64,000 bases of DNA from contig CP067995.1 in NCBI GenBank assembly GCA_045159875.1, positions 1,472,001 to 1,536,000 of the forward strand. Reading direction: 5' to 3'. Both the position numbers and the translations under genes were made by a program. Every line of letters starts with the position of its first letter. Position 1 is the first letter of the stretch. The notes under the pieces are model-generated. The model ran no database searches and was not told the origin of the DNA. It worked only from the letters and a program-made list of their open reading frames with translations. Shown piece after piece: positions 55,692-64,000 of this stretch. This stretch comes from a cyanobacterium endosymbiont of Rhopalodia gibba. Its GTDB lineage: Bacteria > Cyanobacteriota > Cyanobacteriia > Cyanobacteriales > Microcystaceae.

Positions 55692-57410
55692 ATGGCAACG
55701 TCACGACTTCGACAACTGGGTCAATATTTACATCCTTACTGGAAACAAGTGTTGTGGGGAACAGGCGCATTATTTGTTGTTAACGCTCTAGGGGTTTATA
55801 TTCCTCTACTAATTCGAGATAGTATTGACGATTTGCGGAGGGCGTTTAGTTTTGACCAAGTATTGTTATATGTTCTCCTAATGTTAGTTTTAGCGACTAT
55901 TATGTGGATAATTCGCATGATCTCGCGCCTCATAATTTTTCGAGTGGGTCGTCAGGTAGAATTTGACCTCAAACAAAGGATATTTGAGCATTTACTAACC
56001 CTAGAACCTGCCTATTTTTCTACTAATACCTGCGGCGATTTAATTAACCGAACTACCAGTGATGTAGACAATATTCGTCGTTTGGTGGGCTTCGCAGTAT
56101 TGAGTTTAATTAATATTATTTTTGCCTATGCTTTGACTCTTCCGGCGATGTTAGCCATTCATGTTCCCCTAAGTTTATTGACGATTACTGTCTATCCGGT
56201 GATTCTATTTACGGTTCAGATCTTCAGTAGACAATTACAATATCAACAGTTTAAGGTGCAAGAAAGACTGTCTGAAATTAGTGAATTAATTCAAGAAGAC
56301 ATCGGTGGCATGGCTTTAATTAAAATTTATGCTCAAGAAGCTAACGAAATTTATGCTTTTGACCAACTAAACCAAAAACTACTAAAGGCTAACTTAAAAC
56401 TCGCCCAAATTCGTAACTTTCTCTTCCCTATCATTGAAGGGTTATCATATATCAGTCTATTACTGTTGTTAACTTTTGGAACTAAAGCAATCACTGAAGG
56501 AACTATCAGCATCGGGGATTTTGTTGCTTTAATTATTTTAGTAGAACAGTTAGTATTTCCCACGACTTTACTGGGATTTACAATTACTGCCTATCAACGG
56601 GGAGAGGTGAGTATTGATCGAATAGCAGCTATCTTTCAAGCACAACCGAGAGTTCGCGATCGAGATCAACTTAAATCTATCTCTTTATCAGAGATTAAAG
56701 GTAAATTAGTTGCCCTTAACCTCAGCTATACTTATCCTGGGACAAAAACCCCAACTTTAAACAAAGTTAATATGACGATTAATCCTGGAGAAATGGTAGC
56801 GATTGTTGGTCCAATCGGTTGTGGAAAATCTACCTTAGCCAATACCTTACCCCGTTTACTTGAGATTGCTCCAGGACAGTTATTTTTAGATGATTATGAT
56901 GTCACCGAGTTACCTTTAGCCCAATTACGGGAAGCAATCGCCTATGTTCCTCAGGATAGCTTCTTGTTTAATACTTCTATTGAAAATAATATTCGTTACG
57001 GGGATCATCTTAAAGAACGATATGAAGTAGAAAAGGCAGCTAAACAAAGCTATATTCATCAGGAAATTATGAATTTACCTCAAGAATATGACACTCTCGT
57101 TGGAGAGAGGGGTATTATTCTTTCAGGCGGTCAACGACAACGTACTGCTCTAGCTAGAGCTTTATTAATGGATGCTTCAATATTAATTTTAGACGATGCT
57201 CTATCGAGTGTTGATAATAAAACTGCTACCCAGATTCTAAATAGTCTTTGCAAGGAACAGGGTAAGACTATCATTTTTATTTCTCATCATTTATCAGCTG
57301 CAGCGCAAGCAGATCGTATTTTAGTTATGGATAAAGGAAAAATTGTTCAGAGAGGAACTCATCAAACCTTGTTGCAACAACCTGGGTTGTATCAGTCTTT
57401 TTGGAATTAA
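55692..57410 (+). CDS. ABC exporter, fused permease + ATPase (MdlA-like)
   Basis: TM domain, Walker A GPIGCGKS, LSGGQ signature, ILILDDALSSVD and H-loop. ATG at 55692 preferred. Confidence 0.9.
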   Translation: MATSRLRQLGQYLHPYWKQVLWGTGALFVVNALGVYIPLLIRDSIDDLRRAFSFDQVLLYVLLMLVLATIMWIIRMISRLIIFRVGRQVEFDLKQRIFEHLLTLEPAYFSTNTCGDLINRTTSDVDNIRRLVGFAVLSLINIIFAYALTLPAMLAIHVPLSLLTITVYPVILFTVQIFSRQLQYQQFKVQERLSEISELIQEDIGGMALIKIYAQEANEIYAFDQLNQKLLKANLKLAQIRNFLFPIIEGLSYISLLLLLTFGTKAITEGTISIGDFVALIILVEQLVFPTTLLGFTITAYQRGEVSIDRIAAIFQAQPRVRDRDQLKSISLSEIKGKLVALNLSYTYPGTKTPTLNKVNMTINPGEMVAIVGPIGCGKSTLANTLPRLLEIAPGQLFLDDYDVTELPLAQLREAIAYVPQDSFLFNTSIENNIRYGDHLKERYEVEKAAKQSYIHQEIMNLPQEYDTLVGERGIILSGGQRQRTALARALLMDASILILDDALSSVDNKTATQILNSLCKEQGKTIIFISHHLSAAAQADRILVMDKGKIVQRGTHQTLLQQPGLYQSFWN

Positions 57411-59575
57411 TATCAACTAGAGAAAGTCTGCAACTAAAATGTTAGAATCTTTTAAAATTTAGCTAAGGAAAGGAACTAAGAGGGCAAATAATAAAATTTA
57501 ACGCTTATTTTCCTAAATTTGACTGTGAATTGTTTAGCTATTCGGCCTTATTGCACCGATGTAAGCGCCAAGTATAACTCAAAGATAAAAACTCTTGGAT
57601 AAATTTAATTGTCAATTTTACTTGGTGACTATCTTATGTAAATGAGAACTACTTTTAACTGTTAATTTCGTTTTTGTTCTAACTCCAAAGTTCATGCCAA
57701 ATAAACTCCATCAATACCAATATAAACAAACCCTGATGAATTAATTGTACCATTGAGGAATTAAACTGACTTCTCAACTGGCTTAAATTAGGGGAATAGC
57801 CTATTCTTCAGAGTCTCCTTAATAATTTTAGGATAAACTCCCGTCACTTCATAGATTTAGTAATCAGCCCGCCAAAATTGACAGTGGACAGCTTGAACAT
57901 GGAGTTGATTGGTAAATTTATAAATTTATCAACGTAAGTAACTTATTTTTGGGTAAAGGTAAAATCACTAAGAACCTCTAAAGAAAAACTTTACTTAAAT
58001 AACTCAAGAGAGGTTTGAGAATGACCTTATAAATCTAACATTGTTATGGCTAAATTAGTTTTTATATTAATTAGTGGAAAAATAATTTAACTAAGATAAG
58101 ATAACTGCTACATAATTTTTAAAACCATCTAGATAATATTAACTAGAACAGCAAATTAGTTCTGATATACTGCCAACATAAAGATTAGGAAAAGTTCCTG
58201 ATTTTAGAGTAGGCTGTTATGGAAAATTATACAGTTTGTAGAAATTTTGTTTATAGTCTTGGAACGTTTATTGAGCTTGTATAGTTAAGTTGTACTAAAA
58301 TTACGATATAAAATTATCTGAATAAAATGCTAAGTATAGTAACTTAGAAGTTAAAAACTTATAAAATTTATAAATCCATAATCTCTTCTTTTTATTAATT
58401 TAAATTAATTACTGATACCTTCCATATTAAAGTAGATAATAGTTACTCTAATTTGAAGATTATGTCAGTCTAGAGTTTTCCAGCTACTATAAATAATTTT
58501 TTAAGGCTAATCAGCTAATTTAAATACTCCTGACATCCGGTCCAAGTTTTTAGAATAAATATTCTAAATTTCTCTTTTAATTAGAATATTTTTAACAAAA
58601 TTAGTGATATCTTGCACACTTGCTTTAATTTTGCATTTTTTTACCTAAATTTTTTTAATTTTCAATCAAATATCTTTTTTCTTGATTCTGTTCTTTTTGT
58701 TAGTCTTTTAAGCTATTTAGTTTCTTGTTTAAGGTTTTTTATCTTATTTGTAATTAGATATTAACTTATTTTATAACATAAAACTTATTTACTATTAATG
58801 GAATTTTTGACATTAATTAATCAATAATATTTATATAAAGTTTATAGAAATATGAACTAATTTTTTTAATTTTTATCAAGACTTATTTTTTTGTAGAAAA
58901 TAGATATTGTATATTTTTTTAGTCTATAATTTTTATGCTTATTATTATGTCATAATAGTTGATATTAGATAATAATAAATCTATTAATGAATAATATCAA
59001 TTATTAATTATATTCCCTGTAAGATTATCTATATTTATTAGAATAATTATCCTACTTTATTAAATTAATAGACATTAATAGTAAGTTATTTATTTTAAAT
59101 TAAAAATAATTATTATATATCTATTTTTAGTTTTTAGAGGCTAATAATAAAATCGATAGGACTATAAATAATTTTTAACAATTATATTATCTATGAAGTT
59201 AATTTATTATTCTAATTTTTAGTCCATATAATCTGATTATCAATTCTTATAAACTACAGCTTTATTTTTAAACTAATTTTTAATACAAAAATAAGTAATT
59301 TTTATATTAATCTAAGTCAGAAAAATATTAATTAAATAAGTTTAAATTGAAATAAATATCTAATATTTATTTCAATTTAAACTTATTTTTTACGTTACTG
59401 AATAATGATTAATATAAAAAATTTTATATTAATTTATCATTTCTTATGATAAGTTAGCTTTAATTTTAATAAATACTAAAAAATATTCCATCTAATACCT
59501 CATCTTAGACTAAGAGATAAAATTTAAACTTGAAGATACAAATATTTGGATTAAAAAAATTTAAACATTTTAAAT

Positions 59576-60870
59576 ATGTTTTTATTTTTTAACCGGTTTT
59601 TACGGCTAGCACTGATTAATATTCTCTCTAATCTGATAGTTCTCTTTACAGGATTATTCAATGTTACCTTTTTCGTTTATCTATCTAGGAGCCATTCATC
59701 ATCTAGTTGGCGTAACTTTAACTATAGTTATTTTTTCAACTATCTTTACCTTACTTTAGAATTTCTTCGCATAGAAACAACAGAGTTAACTGATCAAGCT
59801 GTCTAAAGATGATGTGCTGCTGGCCTTGCTAGGCAATGGACTATTAGCTTTAACTTTAGGATTAGAAATTCTTCCCTTACAATATCTATTAAAGATATTA
59901 GACTTTTTCCTCCTCAATGCAGCCCCAATGCTTAAAGCATCTGCCCAAGCTTACTATGAGGCATAAATTCTAGGTGTACCAGTGTTTTTTTAAATTTTGT
60001 TCTTATTGATTAGTTTTTAAGACAGGAATAAAATGGGACAGTTTTGTCTATGTCAATTAGAGGTAATAGAACTAATATTGTCTTCGATTATCTATTCATT
60101 GTAGGTTGGGTTTTAGACAGTATTGGTGCAAGGTAAATAACTTCTATTCGTTAAGTTTTAATGGCACTAATAGGACTTATCTTTTGCAGTAAAATTGGTC
60201 AATTCATTAGATATAATTAAGATAATTAAACAACCTAAACTTAGTATTCTGAGAAAACCTTTGGCGATCAATAGAGAACTATTTGTTCGTACTTTAGTTC
60301 TCATAGCTGCCTTTTTTCTATTTACTAAAATAAGTACAGAAATGGGAATAAAAATCTTAACCCAAAATACTGATACTTTATTGTCACAGATATTTTTCTT
60401 AACAGTGTATTTAATTAATGGATTAGCTTTTCCTACTAAATATTTAGCTAGAAATTTTCAAAAAAAAAGTCAAATAAGACTTACTTTTTCTGTTAAAACT
60501 GGCAGGAATAACTGGCTTAAGTTTAGGACTAATATTAGCTATAGATCTTGTGGGGTTTCCCCAACCTTTATTTACTTGACTAACTAACCATCAGGAAATT
60601 TTTTTTCTTAGTTCTCCTGTCTATTGGCTCTCGTCTGTACTAGAAGCAGGTTCGATTTCCTTTATTTTAGATGGCTATTTTATAGAACTAGCTGAAGGAG
60701 CAATCTTACGTAAGATAGCTTTAATTTTTACTTTTTTTGAGTTTATTTCTTTAGATATTATTGCTTGGCGGTTTAACAAAAATTATTTATTATAATTAAC
60801 TTTATCTTACTTTAAGCTCCTCATAGCTGTTATACTCAGTTTAAAAGTTCTCCGAATATTAAAAGACAAA
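59576..60870 (+). pseudogene. MATE (DinF-like) efflux transporter pseudogene
   Basis: RFLRLALINILSNL, FNYLY.TLEFLRIETTELTDQAV (FLRMGTTG.TAQA.G), INRELFVRTL, INGLAFPT and ILDGYFIELAEGAILR, with stops and frameshifts. ORFs 59576-59806 and 60195-60587 are fragments. Confidence 0.85.
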
Positions 60871-60882
60871 TTTTTATTTAAA

Positions 60883-63222
60883 ATGAATATTTTACAAGAC
60901 AAATGGGAAATAAAATCTTCTCCATTAATTCCCCAGTGGTTTTTAAAAATTGTTAAATTCTATACTCCTCATTCGGAAGGAAAACATGTTGCTAAAATTT
61001 TATGGCAACGAGGAATTCAAAACAAAGATAAACTTATGGCTTTCGTTGATCCTAATGCCTATCATCCAACTAGTCCCTTTGCTTTTGGAGAAGAAATGAA
61101 ATTGGCTGTCAAACGCCTTAAAATGGCTTATAAAAATAGAGAAAAAGTAACTATATGGGGAGACTTTGATGCTGATGGGATTACGTCAACTAGCGTTCTT
61201 TGGGAAGGACTAGGGCAATTTTTTTCTCCTCATCTTCAACTTGAGTATTATATCCCTAATCGTATTACAGAATCACACGGATTAAATTGTCAAGGAATTG
61301 AAAAATTGGCAGTATCAGGAACCCGGTTAGTTGTGACTTGTGATACAGGGAGTACCAATTTAACTGAAATTGACTATGCTAATGAGTTAGGCATTGATAT
61401 AATTATTACAGATCATCATACTTTACCAGATAATCGTCCTCCTGTTATTGCTATTATCAACCCTCGTTACTTTAGCACTAATCATCCTTTATTTAATCTA
61501 TCAGGAGTAGCAGTAGCCTATAAATTAGTTGAAGCATTTTATCAAGAATTACCTGATATTCCTCAAGATCCATTAGAACAATTATTAGACTTAGTTGCTA
61601 TCGGGCTAATTGCTGATTTAGTTGAGTTAAAAGGAGACTGTCGTTATCTAGCACAAAAAGGTATTCAACACCTGCAAAAACAGCAGCAATTTACAACTCG
61701 TCCAGGAGTTGCTAAGTTATTAGAGTTATGTAAAAAAAATGGTGATCGACCCACTGATATTTCCTATGGCATTGGACCAAGAATTAATGCCATTAGTCGC
61801 ATTTATGGAGATGCTACATTTGGGGTTAAATTATTAACTAGTCGCGATACAAAACTTTGTCATAAACTCGCTTTAAAAACTGAATTAGCTAATACAAGAC
61901 GGAAAGAAATACAACAAAGAGTTTATAAAGATGTTAAAAAGAAACTATCTCAAATTGACTTATCAACCGTGAGAGTTATTGTCTTAGAAGATCCCCAATG
62001 GGAAAGCGGAGTTCTAGGGTTAGTTGCCGGAAAAATTGCTCAAGAACATAGTCGTCCAACAATTTTATTAACCACAATAGAAACAAAAAATGAAGACCAA
62101 ACTAAAGTCATAAAAATGCTTAGAGGTTCGGCGCGCTCAGTTAATCAAATAAATTTATATCAATTACTGGATTATCATAAAACTTTGTTACATCGTTTTG
62201 GAGGACATCCTTTTGCTGCAGGGTTAAGTTTACCTCTAAAAAATCTAACTTTATTTAGAGAAGGTATTAATCAACAATTCCGACAACAAATCGATCATAC
62301 TAATTATTTACAAACAACTATTGAAGTGGATTTAATTGTTACTGTTGTTGACCTAGGACAAAATTTATTTCGAGAATTAAAATTATTAGAACCTTGTGGA
62401 ATAGGCAATTCTATTCCTATTCTTTTAATAAGAAATTGCTGGTTTGATAATATTCACAATAAAAATATTGAGGACGAAACAAGAAACAAAATACAATATA
62501 TAAAGACAATTTTTGAAATTTATGATTTTTCTAGTACCAAAGGATTTCCTGGAGTTTGGTGGGAACATTATAAAGATGAACTTCCTTTCGGTAAACCCCA
62601 AGATGCTATTGTTGAATTATATTTCAATTCTTATTATAAACGTTATGAAGTTAGATTGATTGCTATTAGAGACTATGTAGCTAACATTGAAATTAATCAA
62701 AATACTAACTGTTTATTAGATTGGCGTAATAAAGAATGTCAAGAATATTCAGAAAAAGTAAATGCTCAAATTCAAGTATTACAAGAATGTCCTAAGAGTT
62801 GGGATGAACTTTTAAAAATATATCATCAAACTCAACAAAACAAACTTAAACTTGCTCTTGCTTATAATTCACCAAAATATCTAAATTCTATACAAGTTTG
62901 GCAACAACTATTAGGAATTGCAAAATATTATAGTCGTACTCACAAGGTGGTCAACATAAGACAAATAAAGACAAAATTAGACCTCAGTGATTGGACCCTA
63001 AAACTTGGATTAGAAACCTTACATAAATTAGGGTTTAATTCTAATATAATAGAAGAAAACTTAAAGTTTAGATGGGAAAATCAAATTGCTAATAATGCTC
63101 ATAAAAAAGTTAGTCAATTTCTAGAAGTAGTTGAAGAAGAACAATTTCAGCATAAATATTTTTCTAAAATTTCTCTTGAGTGTATTCAAGAAAAAATATC
63201 CATAAATAACAAAAAAATATGA
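60883..63222 (+). CDS. recJ: Single-stranded-DNA exonuclease RecJ (long cyanobacterial form)
   Basis: WGDFDADG, TCDTG, DHH motif (ITDHH), ADLV.L, RGSARS and FGGHPFAAG. Confidence 0.93.
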   Translation: MNILQDKWEIKSSPLIPQWFLKIVKFYTPHSEGKHVAKILWQRGIQNKDKLMAFVDPNAYHPTSPFAFGEEMKLAVKRLKMAYKNREKVTIWGDFDADGITSTSVLWEGLGQFFSPHLQLEYYIPNRITESHGLNCQGIEKLAVSGTRLVVTCDTGSTNLTEIDYANELGIDIIITDHHTLPDNRPPVIAIINPRYFSTNHPLFNLSGVAVAYKLVEAFYQELPDIPQDPLEQLLDLVAIGLIADLVELKGDCRYLAQKGIQHLQKQQQFTTRPGVAKLLELCKKNGDRPTDISYGIGPRINAISRIYGDATFGVKLLTSRDTKLCHKLALKTELANTRRKEIQQRVYKDVKKKLSQIDLSTVRVIVLEDPQWESGVLGLVAGKIAQEHSRPTILLTTIETKNEDQTKVIKMLRGSARSVNQINLYQLLDYHKTLLHRFGGHPFAAGLSLPLKNLTLFREGINQQFRQQIDHTNYLQTTIEVDLIVTVVDLGQNLFRELKLLEPCGIGNSIPILLIRNCWFDNIHNKNIEDETRNKIQYIKTIFEIYDFSSTKGFPGVWWEHYKDELPFGKPQDAIVELYFNSYYKRYEVRLIAIRDYVANIEINQNTNCLLDWRNKECQEYSEKVNAQIQVLQECPKSWDELLKIYHQTQQNKLKLALAYNSPKYLNSIQVWQQLLGIAKYYSRTHKVVNIRQIKTKLDLSDWTLKLGLETLHKLGFNSNIIEENLKFRWENQIANNAHKKVSQFLEVVEEEQFQHKYFSKISLECIQEKISINNKKI

Positions 63223-63291
63223 CTATAATTTATTTCATAAAATACAATACATAAGGCAATATAATAGAATTATGCATGGAACTAAAAAATC

Positions 63292-63558
63292 ATGAAATCT
63301 TTAACCTACCTAATGACTATAATAATGATTGCTTTCTGGTTGGGAGTGTTCGCTATTTTTTCTATTCAAAATATTACTGAAATTTCTTTAAAGTTTTTAT
63401 TTTTTAAGTCTATTAAACTTCCCATTGGAGTATTATTATCTTTCTCTATGGGGGGGGGGATGGTTTTGGGATCACTAGCTACTATATTATGGGAACGTTC
63501 TAAATATTTATCTCAAAGAGGTTCAAGGAAAAATTCTAAAGAAATTGATGATTTTTAA
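63292..63558 (+). CDS. LapA/DUF1049 family small membrane protein
   Basis: AIFSIQN...ISLKFLFFKSIKLPIGVLL.F..G.G, with two TM segments and a basic tail. Confidence 0.72.
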   Translation: MKSLTYLMTIIMIAFWLGVFAIFSIQNITEISLKFLFFKSIKLPIGVLLSFSMGGGMVLGSLATILWERSKYLSQRGSRKNSKEIDDF

Positions 63559-64000
63559 TTTCAATTGAATCAATGTACATGTTAGTCCAATGTTTGATTA
63601 CAAGTAGTAGAGTTACGTCAGACAATTGAAGGGCTAATTCTAATAGCCATAAAAAAGTTATTTATTGATGCTGTCATTAGAATAAAAATAAGAAAGTCAA
63701 GAAAAAAATAATTTAAAATAGTTAAAATTTTAACAGAGAATTTATAGACAAAGTCAAGAAAAGAGTAAATAAGATAACCTTAATATTACTTGACTTAAAG
63801 TATAATAAGTAAAATTTTTGAAGGGTTTAGAACAAAAAATATTTCTATTTTATTGTTTTCTATGATTCAAAAATTTGACTTTATACAGAGTAAAAAAAAT
63901 TTCATTTAAAAAATATCTTTAATTTTTTAATTAAAAACTGTTATTTGACAACTAAAGTTTTGTTAAATAGGTTAGTTAAACCGACTAAAACTAGTTTAAC

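Noticed and set aside
57480..57910. Moderately GC-rich stretch that could be another pseudogene
   Set aside because: No frame gave a recognisable family.

Overview
AT-rich cyanobacterial chromosome segment with low gene density. Intact housekeeping, cofactor and redox genes (clpC, rimI, larC, plsC, cobK, cobQ, cobW, mnmE, dxs, uppP, grxC, dps, prxQ, hupW-like, recJ, CP12, two tRNA-Ser) are separated by 1-3 kb extremely AT-rich deserts. Reading the gaps in all frames recovers many decayed genes: psb30 (photosystem II), an isoaspartyl peptidase, a dihydroorotate dehydrogenase-like gene, an rfbC fragment, DUF29, Asr1405/Asl0597, a MATE transporter, and IS630 and ISL3 transposase relics. It also recovers two intact small ORFs missed by the ORF track. 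By inference the pattern fits a non-photosynthetic cyanobacterial endosymbiont in mid genome reduction, most like the spheroid bodies of rhopalodiacean diatoms. The most unusual signals are (i) about a dozen long, mutually unrelated, perfect inverted repeats in decayed DNA, one apparently formed inside a pseudogene, (ii) apparent erosion of HIP1, and (iii) uncharacterised genes kept intact while neighbours died (the 59-aa ORF/DUF3326/CPBP/DUF3531/ABC cluster, FIST/CP12/DUF3177, DUF2256, larC). No CRISPR array, rRNA or intact mobile element was seen. All family assignments come from motif recognition, not database searches.
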